Source of the DNA: Chiloscyllium plagiosum
Taxonomy: Eukaryota
DNA: 64,000 nt
Direction: 5' to 3'
Assembly: GCF_004010195.1 (NCBI RefSeq)
Contig: NC_057748.1
Location: 1,749,276-1,813,275 of the forward strand
Position numbers and translations under genes: made by a program. Under the pieces are notes generated by a model. It was not told the origin of the DNA. It saw only the letters and a program-made list of their open reading frames with translations, and did no database searches. Shown here in pieces: positions 9,849 through 21,100 of this stretch (position 1 is its first letter; each line of letters starts with the position of its first letter).

Positions 9849-12800
9849 ACTACAGGTGTTTTATAAAGGTTCACCATAATGTAACACCATAAGGACATAG
9901 CAGCACAAGTGGTGTTATGTATGGTGACTGTTCATAAAACATGTATATAGGTTAGCAGGCAGCAGATCTGCTATTTCACCTCCATAAGTTAGAGCTTAGG
10001 CTATCAAACACTAACAGTGCTCCTTCTGTAAGAGATTTAATGGCAATGTTAGTACTGGACCTGAGAGAATGTTAGAATCAAATGAGCAAGGTTAAAAGTG
10101 GGATTTAATGGATGTGGCCATCATGGAGTTTCCACTGACTGGAGGGTTGCTAACCAGAAGGCAGAGATTTAAGTTTGGCGGTGGAACTAGAAGGGATTTG
10201 AGAGGAATGTTCGAGTGTGGTGAGTTATGATTTGGAATGCACTTCCTGAAGGGGTGCAATAATAATTTTCAAAAGGAAACTGAATAAAACCTTGAATATT
10301 TTAGTAGAGTTATGGAGAAAAAGACAGAAGGGGGAACTGGAACAAATTGGATATCTCTTGCAAAGAGTCAGCACTGACGCAATGTACTTATGGTTTAATA
10401 TACACACACGCCTGTTACTAACTCACTGATTTGAAATCTCAGGTTTCAGATGAGGTTCATAAACAACCTGCGTGTGGGGCTTGTGAAATATAACAATGTC
10501 ACACAAACCACTTGATAACAAAGCTCCATTGTGTCAAGTTGCTCGGTGCAGCCTACAGTACAGTACTGGTTTGCTCAAGGACATGTAATTTACATATGGA
10601 ATGCTATTACATTGGCTGCAAACTTAGTCACTGTACAATTTGCAATATGTGACTCAGCTTTAGCTAAAGACAGCATTATACAGTGACACCCCAAAGTGGT
10701 AGCATCACAAAACGGTCGTACCCACATGAACCCTCCCTCCAGTGAATACATCAGCAAAAAGTAAACAAGGTATCTTATTTATACAGAAGAACTGATTGAA
10801 ATTGCTCACGTTCTGAGCAGAGCAGATGCACAGATTTAGAGCAATTAAAATTTCAGAATGGAGTACTAACGCTTTTTGAATATCATGTCGATTTATCTCA
10901 CCCTTTTTAACATAGTACAATGACCTGGGACATTATCAAACCAAGTTTGCATTAGAATTAGGGCAGAATAACCAAACACTCAGTTTGAGCTTCTTTTGAG
11001 GATGGTTTTGGGTGGAAAGGAAAGCAGATGGATCGAAGTAGGGAATCGAAGAGTGTGGGGCCCAGGCATGGACCAGGAGAATGGGTGCACGTACAAAGGT
11101 TTGGACTCTCCGAGCACTGCCATTCCCGAGTGCAGATTCGTGGGACTCACGACTCACAGACAAGCAATGTGAGAGTGCGATGTTGCAGTGAGAGGGAAAG
11201 CCTATCTGGTAACATCCAACATGCAGCTGTGATTTGTTTTAACGTCATGATGCCATAAATGCTTACCCCAACTCTTCAGGAATGTGTCCCAACCTCATCA
11301 CTACTAAAATAACTAGTGGACTGTATCCCGTCACCAAGTCCCCTTTTATTAACATGTGTAGACACTGATCCAGCTCAGAGTGAATAGAACCCCTAACACT
11401 CCTGTTTAACTTTTTTTAGTGTGTGCAGCCGTATTATCAAGATATCTCAATAACCACACTGGTGAGTTTTTAATTCTGAGAGATGTGGGCATTGCTATCT
11501 ACACCAGCATTTATTGCCCATCCCTAAAACCCCCAGAGGGCAGTTATAAGAGTCAACAGATTGCTGTGGGTGTCTGAAGTCACATGTAGGTCAGACCAAG
11601 TGAGGATGGCAGATTTCCCCCCACCCCCCAAGGACATTAGTGAATAACAATTGACAGTGGTTGTATGGTCCCACCAGGCAAGCTTTCAACTCTTAAGACT
11701 GGCATTAATTAAAATTTCACCATCTGCCAGAACACATGCCCTTGTTCTCTGGATTACTAGCATGTGCCACTATGACACCACCACCTCATTTGGTACGTGA
11801 TGGGATCTCTGTTGAAGGTGCAATACTGTTTATGGGTCATTGTTATTAAAATACCAGCAAGTTGTGGAAACCAGGCAATTTTTCATGCCCGTGGTATCAA
11901 CCACTGTAATTGCTAACTTCCACCCAAAACCTTTAATTGTAACCATTTTATAAATCAATGTTAGACTGTCCCAGCTCTAGCTCCAGTTCAAAGAAAGAGT
12001 TAGAAACTTAAGTGTGCTGCCAAGAAAAGTTTAATAGTGACTTTTCTTAAATACAGCCATAAACTCCTTAATATTACACATTAAGGCCACACAAAAAAAC
12101 TATTAGTTTCATATTTAAACAAATTAATGGAAGATTTTATTCAAACAATATGGGTTTTGTTTTCCATTCACAGACACAACACAAAATAGGCTGAAGGGTC
12201 ACGAGGCTGGCAGGCAGAAACTCCATTTCTGGGACCTGAGGAATTGTAACAAAAATGACCCTGACACAATTACCCGAACATATAGTGTTTATTATACAGC
12301 ATTGCACTGTTCATCCCTCTCCCAAACCGAAGGGATAACTAATAGCGACCAGATGTCAATAATGTAAAAATACAACTGATTTCCTTTTTGCCTGCAATCA
12401 TGCCAGGTTTCTGTGATAACTAAGCAACAAAGTTATAATCTTTAAAGTGCAACAGAGGCAGTAGAGATACACACGTTTGCAGAGCCCCTGTTGACGTCTA
12501 CAAACAGGGTCAGTGTTCCTTGCTTCAAATCTCATTACTGGAAAAAAGTAGCAACATTGGATTGGGGGAGATTGCAAATGCAACAAACTTTGGCCAATTC
12601 TCTGAACATATGAACTCAATAACTTCATCTAAAAAAGGACGGCCAGAACTAATCCAATCCCTTAATTGGACACTATGTTGGCAGAAAGGCTTTCCTTCCA
12701 GTTCATGCTGCTGACCTGTATCAGAGAAACAGATGAAAGTTGCAGAAATGCTGCAGTATGCCTGCAACTTTAGCCACAAGGGGTTTATGGGCATTTCTCT

Positions 12801-14237
12801 TCATCAGGACAAGTGCAACCTGCTTTGCATTATTGCATTTTCTTTACTTAATAGTTTCCACAACCTACAAATACCACCTCCAGAACCCAAAACCTACAAA
12901 TACCACCTCCGTCTTGAGACTCCAATAGCATGTCCAAAACTCCCACAACCTACAAATACTGTCTTCAAAGCTTGGTTTCTATGTAAAAGCAAAAGGGTAA
13001 ACTTGTGGAAATTCTTACCTCCCGTGCAAATCTGATCATTCATCGCTATCCCAGCGGCTATAGGATGTTATAATACTCTGGTCAAGTGTAAGAAAACTTT
13101 CCATCTACATCACAAAACTTTGGAATGAGAAAAGCCTCCAGTTGCACATTTCCCTTAGTCATTCATCTTTGGTAACAAGACCAGGCTCCCCGGTCAGATT
13201 CAGATTCTCAAAAGAGACACTCTTCAGATTTCCAGATCCAGTTTTTAGAAGTTTGAACCTGATGGTTGTTGGAAAATGCTGATGCAATGTCAACCCCCCA
13301 CCTGGAATTTCCAGCATATGTTCTCTGTGGATGCAACTGGACTGGGCCTGTGTCTTACCCCTCCTTTTTACTGCAGGTGCAGAGAGCCAGTCAACAGACT
13401 CACAATTTGTTTCCATCATTGCTTTCGCAAATGTCAACTCGGCATTTGATTGTTATCACACAATTAAACTGGGCACTACATCTGATGGGATGGGATAGTC
13501 CCTCAATGTTTCCCCTTTGGTCCCAGTATACATGGTGTTGCTTTCCCACCATGGCCTTCCTGTTTCTTTCCCCCTCCCACACCCATCTTTGAAGTGGTTG
13601 CCAGACTTGAGTGCTGAATGATTACATTTTCAAGGTTTAAAACCATGAGGAGGGCCAGGCCCTTTGGCAAGACGCCAGTTACTCTGCAATCCCCCAACTC
13701 ACTACAAACCTGTGAAAACAAAAATCCTTGCAGCAGCATCATGGGAATCTCAAAGCATTACCTGGACCAGAAAAACACATCCAACAGACTGCTTTACCAA
13801 CTTACAAGCCTGTGCTTTGAGATCACCCACCTGTAACTCCCTAGGTAACTACAATTGAACTCAAGGTCAAACCAAGCTCATCACTAGCAATTCCACCATT
13901 TGAATGTTGTACCAAGGAGACGAACTTGGCTGAAATGAGATGCATTTTCTCATCTTTTTTTCTTGGAAGTGCAATTACAAAATTCAAATCATTTCAGTTT
14001 CCAGCCAACTCAAACTCTTGGCCAAATCCAACATACTCCCTTATTCCAGGCAGCAGTCAGTATGGGCCATGTGAGGCTATTGCGTTTATAAAGCCGATTC
14101 TTCCATGACAAGTGTTAACACTTCAAAAGCACTTTGGAGTATCCTGAGGTTGTGAAAGGTGCTTTGGAAATGAATGCTATTCTTTCCTTTATTAAGATCC
14201 ACATCCCTACCCTCTGTTTGGGCACACATTTTAAAAT

Positions 14238-14737
14238 NNNNNNNNNNNNNNNNNNNNNNNNNNNNNNNNNNNNNNNNNNNNNNNNNNNNNNNNNNNNNNN
14301 NNNNNNNNNNNNNNNNNNNNNNNNNNNNNNNNNNNNNNNNNNNNNNNNNNNNNNNNNNNNNNNNNNNNNNNNNNNNNNNNNNNNNNNNNNNNNNNNNNNN
14401 NNNNNNNNNNNNNNNNNNNNNNNNNNNNNNNNNNNNNNNNNNNNNNNNNNNNNNNNNNNNNNNNNNNNNNNNNNNNNNNNNNNNNNNNNNNNNNNNNNNN
14501 NNNNNNNNNNNNNNNNNNNNNNNNNNNNNNNNNNNNNNNNNNNNNNNNNNNNNNNNNNNNNNNNNNNNNNNNNNNNNNNNNNNNNNNNNNNNNNNNNNNN
14601 NNNNNNNNNNNNNNNNNNNNNNNNNNNNNNNNNNNNNNNNNNNNNNNNNNNNNNNNNNNNNNNNNNNNNNNNNNNNNNNNNNNNNNNNNNNNNNNNNNNN
14701 NNNNNNNNNNNNNNNNNNNNNNNNNNNNNNNNNNNNN
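14238..14737. other. Scaffold gap of exactly 500 N (placeholder size)
   Basis: Counted N run. Confidence 0.95.
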
Positions 14738-15186
14738 AAGAACTAATGAAAACCCCACTTTGGTTTGATAATGTTGTTCTTTGAATGGAGATTTGGAATC
14801 TACAACCACAGCTTTATAGTTTTATGGTACTACACTGAATATGTGGGTATGGTTCTGCAGGCTGTCACCACCACCTGCCTGTGCTACAAAATGAGAGTCA
14901 GTGAAAACACAACACTGGAAAAATTACCAGAACTCTGGAGAGAGAGAAACCGAGTCAGCATTTCAAGTCCGTTTCATCTGAGCTGGTCCTCTGAATAGGA
15001 ACCTCCTGAAGGACAGTTGTTGGGCTCAACATTTAACAGTTTCTCTGTCCAAAGATGCTGCCAGACCTGCTGAGTTTTGTTGTTCTTTCAGCATCCATAG
15101 TATTTTGTATTTTTTGACTTTTTTTTTGTTGCTGTCTCATGGTGATGTGTCAATCATTAATTGTCTCTGTCTCTTCCCTCCAACAG

Positions 15187-15297
15187 TGGCTCCCCCCTTC
15201 CACTCTTTCAGTGCGGCTGATGCAGCTGTGACCGATGAGTTCTCTGTGTTCAGCCATCTCAGGGGGTCACCCAGAAAAGTGGAAGGCCAGGGCACGG
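15187..15297 (+). CDS. Epsin-family gene, internal exon (APPFHSFSAADAAVTDEFSVFSHLRGSPRKVEGQGT)
   Basis: Polypyrimidine tract plus caacag| acceptor and G|gtaagc donor. The exon is 111 nt, phase 1-1, and joins 17381 in frame. DEFSVFSHLR resembles the epsin D(E/D)FS(D/E)FDxLR motif. Confidence 0.75.
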
Positions 15298-15763
15298 GTA
15301 AGCTTTCTTCCACCAGGCTGTGTTTTTCTGACTAGACTCATGTCGGGGAATGTAGGTTTGTTTTGTATTACTGTGGCGGTAGCGGAGAGGCTTCAGCAAT
15401 GCTGCAGGTCCCTTACACACAAGAGAGTCTGCTCAGAAACAAACCCTGAGACAGAGAGAGGGAGCGAGGAAAAAGGAAGCTTCAGAAAACTGAGTCCCAG
15501 GGGAGAAAAATTGAATCGATTTAACCAAATAATCAATTATCCGAACGAAATAGCGTCCGCCCATCTCGTTTGGATAATCAAGGTTCCTCTGTGCTTGGCT
15601 GTGAAAGCTGCTAGAAGGAGTTTGCGTGTGAATATTGGGTGAAAACTGGTTCAGGACTGTGCTGACATGCACTTCCCTCTGTCTCTTCCCACATTTCCGC
15701 GAACATTGAACTGCCAAAGAGGAACACGTTGAGGTGAACGATGAAGCTGTATCCCAGGAAAAC

Positions 15764-15826
15764 ACTCCTCCTCCTCCTCCTCCTCCGCCTCCTCCTCCTC
15801 CTCCTCCGCCTCCTCCTCCTCCTCCT
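15764..15826. repeat. (CCT)n microsatellite
   Basis: About 21 CCT/CCG units. It creates spurious poly-P, poly-G and poly-R ORFs. Confidence 0.9.
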
Positions 15827-16779
15827 ACAGCAGAGCAAGGGGAAAAACTTCTCAAACTGCCCCTTGTTGACAGTACAATAAATCCTGATTTTGTTTTGCA
15901 AAAATGTTGTTTAAAACAGGGCAATATAGTAATTGATGTTGCAATTTTGTTCTGTAACTTTGACCCCAAGAGTGTCTGTTGCTTGGCAGATCCCAAATGT
16001 GCATGGAATTTTCTTCCTCCTGTGGGTTGTGGGGTTGGTGCCCCAATGCCAGGAAATTCTTCAGCTTCTCCAGCACCAGATTCTGACCTTGGATGGTGCA
16101 CTGTTGTTCCACCACCAAACAGTTATTGAGGGTCATCTTGTGTACAACTGTAAATCTTTCTTATACATTTATATGTTACTTTAAAAGTTATTTCTCTTAC
16201 CAATGTAAGAATTTAGGAAGATACAGCATTTCAACTTGTTTTTTCAAACCATTAACCACAGTGTAAACCCAACCCTGTCAGACAGAAGACTGGTATTCCT
16301 GCTTGTACTTTTCCTCTAATGAGCAATATCTAAAGGGAACTTAACTACAGCTTTTATGTTGGTTGTGCTGGGAAAAGTATGATTTCACTTCAGATTGTTT
16401 CATTTAAAGTCACTCTTTTAGGCTTTTTGTAGCACAGTGGTAGTCTCCGTACCTCTGAGCCAAGGATGCCTATGTTCAAGTTTCACCTGCTCCAGAATTA
16501 CATAATAACATCCATGAACACCTTGAAGTCACACTTTTCAGGAGCCCATTGATGATGATGTGAGGAATTACTGCTTTGATTTTTAGCATTTTAGAAACGT
16601 GTGTAAAGGGGACAGAGAGGCTGATCCAGTGGTTTATTTATTTGACGTGTGCTGCATTAGATGGATTTGAGTTGCAGAAAATCTTTCACTTCTGAGAGAG
16701 ATAACAAACCAGTCCAGGATGGAGCAGCCCCTTCAACTCAGTCAACCCTGAGCCTGCTCCACACCAGGCTGCCGTGTTC

Positions 16780-16902
16780 CCACCTGATGAAGGAACAGTG
16801 CTCCAAAACCTCCTGATTTCAAATAAACCTGTTGGACTAGACCTGGTGGCGTGAGACTTATGACTTTGTTGACCCCAGTCCAACATGGGCACCTCCACAT
16901 TA
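16780..16902 (+). repeat. Penelope-type short repeat arm with degenerate hammerhead core
   Basis: cacCTGATGAaggaacagtgctccAAAAcc...aataaacctgttggact...cccagtccaaca...cacctccacat. Confidence 0.65.
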
Positions 16903-17380
16903 TGATCCCATTCCAAGTACAGCATCTTCAGATCGTGCTGATGCCTCGGTTTGACCTATTCCCAAGGTAGTGATTGACCGAGTCAACATTATTTCACTCA
17001 AATGTTAGTGATCAACATTTTGTCTTTGACATTGTGACATCACTGTCAGCTCGAGGTCCTGTACCTCCCAGACACATAGGTGGTATATTCTGCCATGTAA
17101 CCAGGGCTGCTTGAATCTATCTATTTCAGGGCTGGCATGGAGTTGGAAAACATGTCGGCCCCTGGAGGTGAGAATGCAGCAAACCGTTGGGAGCTGAAAT
17201 CGTGACATTTTCCCACCAATACTGCGGGGGAATTTGTCAATAATACAGCGAACCTCTGTGCCTGCTTTCCCTTCCGCATCTGATTTTGAGATTTGTTTTG
17301 TGATGTTTACTGTTTGTTATCATGCAAGTCTCATTCTTAAAAATTAATCTACTTGTTGGCTGTTCTGTCCTACTCCTCAG

Positions 17381-17635
17381 GTGGCCGGTTCGAGGTTCTG
17401 GGTGATGGTCTGACCACTCCAGCCACGTCTGTTGTCACAGGCTGCTCCGACGTCTTTGACATGCCCTCCATGTCGAGCACTGTTCCATCCAAGCTGCCCA
17501 CCCCGAAGCACCAGCCAACCACACAAAAGAACCCTGAATCCTTTCTGGGCCCCAATGCTTCACTTGTAAATCTGGATACCCTCATCACCCGCACAACGCA
17601 CCCAAATGTGAGCACCAACCCCTTCCTGGCACAGG
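17381..17635 (+). CDS. Epsin-family gene, penultimate coding exon (KNPESFLGPNASLVNLDTLI...STNPFL)
   Basis: ctcctcag| acceptor and G|gtgagt donor, 255 nt. Carries the epsin signature PESFLGPNAxLV(N/D)LDxL (clathrin-box region) and the first NPF. Confidence 0.9.
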
Positions 17636-17854
17636 GTGAGTACCACGTTCTGCTATGGGCACCGACCATCCATCAGATGGGGTTCCTGATTGGTATGATT
17701 ACCCGTGTAAATTCAGTTCAAACTGACGTCAGTGCTTTCAAAAGGACATTGGAGCAAACGGGGTTTTGGCTGTGGTGGGGTTTAAACGAATTGTCGTTAT
17801 TCGTGCTGAGTTGTGACCTTGCTTCTCTCTCCTTCCTCACCTCCCTTTCCACAG

Positions 17855-18135
17855 CTGTGCCTGTTGCCTCTGCCAACCCCTTCCACAGCACTCCCACACA
17901 AATGTCCAGCTCCGTGATAGCCGTGACCCAGACTCCGTTTGGACCTGTCGACGTGACAGCCACCTCCTTTTCCGCAATGCCCAGGGTCGGGGCTGCTCCC
18001 ATGGTAACCATGCCTGCGATGCGGATGCCACCGAGCACAGGCATGCAAGGAATGATGGGGTCAAACTACGTTGCAATGGCAGCCCCTCCACCCACTGGTC
18101 AATCTGCAAGCTCCACCAATCCATTTTTATTATGA
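17855..18135 (+). CDS. Epsin-family gene, last coding exon (ANPF...STNPFLL*)
   Basis: Strong polypyrimidine tract plus ccacag| acceptor. Contains the second and third NPF motifs and ends in NPFLL-stop, as epsins do. Confidence 0.9.
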
Positions 18136-21100
18136 TCCTTGTCTCAGCTTTGTGTTTAACTAATCTGTTTTGTATTTGATTCCTCTCTCTTCCTCTGCAC
18201 AATTCCAGTGTGAAAGTATCCTGCCATTTTCCTTTGTTTTGGACAATTGAGAGAATGTCATTAATGCTGCAGATATTCCAGGCGTCTGTTTGTACTAAAT
18301 AACTTGCAGCCACTGTGGACTGATCTGTATCTGAGTGAGCAGTTCAGTAAGTTGTGAGAGGCTCTCTGGTGTTGGTTGGAAAGCTGCTTGCATTTCCACC
18401 TTTGCTTCATCAGACTGACCAAATCCAGTTACAGTTGAGCCAAATTCTCCCTCCCCACAGTCGTGGGGGTCATAATGCTGGCAGTTGGTTGATTTTTTTA
18501 GTGAAGCTACGTTGTCATGATGGTGGTTGCTGGGCCGGAGGCTTCAGCACAGTCCCCTTCTTGTTCTGTGATTTCAACAAACAGTGGGTGAGCAGGAAAT
18601 AAAAATGGCAACCTGTGTCAAGGTGCCCATTTCTCAGGGCTGCCTGTCTGATCACCATGCACTCAGCTGCTCCATTCCTGTGAATCGAGGTGGGGAATGT
18701 GGTTGTTTTGTAGGGAGGCCAAGGTACAAGACTGCATATCAGTTCCTTCCAGAGCCTTTGAAGTCCTGTCCAGGTTTGGGCACTTTCTCAGCAGACTGCT
18801 CCTCATTGCATTCACTAAATGCAGCCACTGTATTTGGATACTGCTATCTCTGTGCCCCTCCTCTTGGGTTTTACTGGGGACTGACTGTCGTCTCTGCCAC
18901 TCATTCTACAGCACAGTGAACCTGCAGTATTTCCATACTTTGTGAACCTTGGTTTTGCACACACTACTCCATACCAGTCGCACTGTTCCAAAGAGCTCTG
19001 GCCTCGCCAGTTAATGATGCTGTTGTAGTTGAGTAGCTGCATTGTTTTCCAGCTGAGTTGCCGGCAGTGCTTTCAGACTGTCAGTTTGGGGTTTTTTTTT
19101 TTGTCACTCTCCACTTCTGGGGGAACCTGACTACAGGGGTGTGTCCCTCCATTAACTCCCTCCATCAGGCTCCTCTTGCAAACTGTGGAATGTTTACAGG
19201 CTGTGAGGCCCCAGCAGTTGGGACCTGAGATTTTACAGCTCGATGCTGGAGAATGTCCAGCGTGAAGTTTCTCGTAATTTTCTTTTTGATTTAAAATGTG
19301 TTTTTTTTTGTCTTTTTTTTGCTGCAGTGTGGTTACTAACTGCCCTGTTCCATCAGTTCCAGTGAGGAGGGCCCAGGCATTGGTGATACTGTTGGGATGA
19401 ACAACATCTGCAGAGTTGTGCTCCCACAACCAACCCCCTCCTCCCCAACCCAAATGCTACTCATTACTCTGGAAGGATCTGTTTCACTGTTTGCAAAGGG
19501 GGAGTCATTGTGTCAAGGCTGCTAATTGGGGCAGGGGGCTTTGACAAATTGAAGGGAGTTGCAGAATGCAGCTCTCAGAACACTAGCTTGATTTTCAGTA
19601 ACACTAAATGAAGAACCTTAATTTTTTATTTTGAGTGGTTCAGTGGGGCAATGCAAAAATGCTCCAATTCTCATCTGCCTGTCGTTTGTGCCTGTCAGCT
19701 TATTGGAAGTGGCCAATCCTGGTACCACTGGTGCTGACAGACTTTCAGCTATAGTAACACAGGCACCTGCTTTACATTGAATCACATTTTGGAAAGGTAC
19801 TGAATTTGTACTGAATCTGTTCCAGAGTTACTAATCCACTGGCTTGCTGACGGCAGTGTCTCTCCTAACCTGCCAAGAGGCCTCCGTGGTACTGCCTCAA
19901 GTTTACCCCTCCTCCCATATTATGTCACTGCCACGTCAGATGTTAATCAATAAGAAATTTCACCTTCTTAAATTTTCAGATAGCTGTCTGAATTTAGTGC
20001 TTTTCATAAGCCCTTGATTTCCAGATTCGTACAAGAGCACGTGTGAGAGACGATTGAGAGGCTCTGTACTAGTTTTATTTCAGCATTAGATTGGGGGTTG
20101 GGGGAGCGACATTAGTTTTTGCATTTCTGGGAGCAGTATGAGGTATAAAATACACCTGTTCTTCTGAAGACCATCTCACTGTCATCACTGAGCAGGGAAA
20201 TGCACCCTTAGCATTAACCCTTTGGTCAGGATTTATAGTTCTTTGTGTGCGCACAGTAACCAGTCTTCCAAGAGTGAGTGACTGACAGCTGTTCAACACT
20301 GAACACACCCAGAGCTCCCTTCAGACAGTGACTTCCTGCTGAGATGTTTTTATTAATGTCACGTTCTCCTACAAATGTGTTTGGGCCAAATGTATTCTTT
20401 TGAAGTTTGTTTGGAATTTGACCATTTGTGGAGCCTCTCCTTGGAGATTTCCTCCAAACCCCTGATTCTCCACGCAGCCGTTCAGTACCACACTTCCAGT
20501 GCCCACTCCCAACACCATCCAAAGTCCTGTGGTGGAACTACAAGGTGAACAGTCATGCTGAGGTCTAGTCAAGTATTGTGCAGGAACTTTTTTGAAGTTT
20601 ACAAACACTAATTGTGTGTAGGAAAAGGACTGAGAGAAGAATTTTGTGGATCTTTTAAAACCCTGAATTGCTTCACTGCAATTAATCTTGTGGAGTCAAG
20701 ATGGGAGTTTGTAGTTTTCAGTGATGCTTCTCTGCAGTTACAAGAAAGGCAAATTACAGCAAACTTTCATGCAAAATTAACTAACGTTTTAATTAGTCAG
20801 GATATTTTAATTCTGGGCTTAAAGTTTTACAAAAAAAACTAATGAAGTGAAAATTACTTTAATAATTCCAGTCAAGATCAAATACATAGAACTGTCAACC
20901 CAGAAAAAGTTAATTTCTGCCTCAGAATTAAATGTCCTCTGCAGTATTACTGGTCTCTGTATATAGTAACCCTCTGCAGTATTAGTTGTTCCTGTACAAA
21001 AACCCTTTTTGTGTTTTTAATGATCTGAGTACAGAATATTTCTTGATACCTTCCAACAAACTACAGAATGTGATGCACAGCATTGGAAAAGTCAATGTTT

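Noticed and set aside
13262-13400. Possible H/ACA snoRNA on the minus strand (ANANNA, hairpin, ACA)
   Set aside because: The hairpins are weak and it directly abuts the putative acceptor. It cannot be supported without a covariance search.
13159-13437. ORF ending FKLLKTGSGNLKSVSFENLNLTGEPGLVTKDE as the last exon of a known neighbour gene (PDGFB, RPL3 and others)
   Set aside because: It does not match any C-terminus I recognise, and the candidate upstream exons do not give a convincing continuous frame.
14134-14809. ORFs spanning N-runs (also 44557-45099 and 45908-46824)
   Set aside because: They are artefacts of translating gaps.
15433-16129. Poly-Pro, poly-Gly and poly-Arg ORFs
   Set aside because: They arise from a (CCT)n microsatellite in an epsin intron. 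I saw no splice or homology support.
17381-18135. Assigning the gene symbol EPN1 from the NPFLL terminus
   Set aside because: Paralogue identity cannot be fixed from the tail alone and synteny points to the ENTHD1 locus, so the symbol was left blank.
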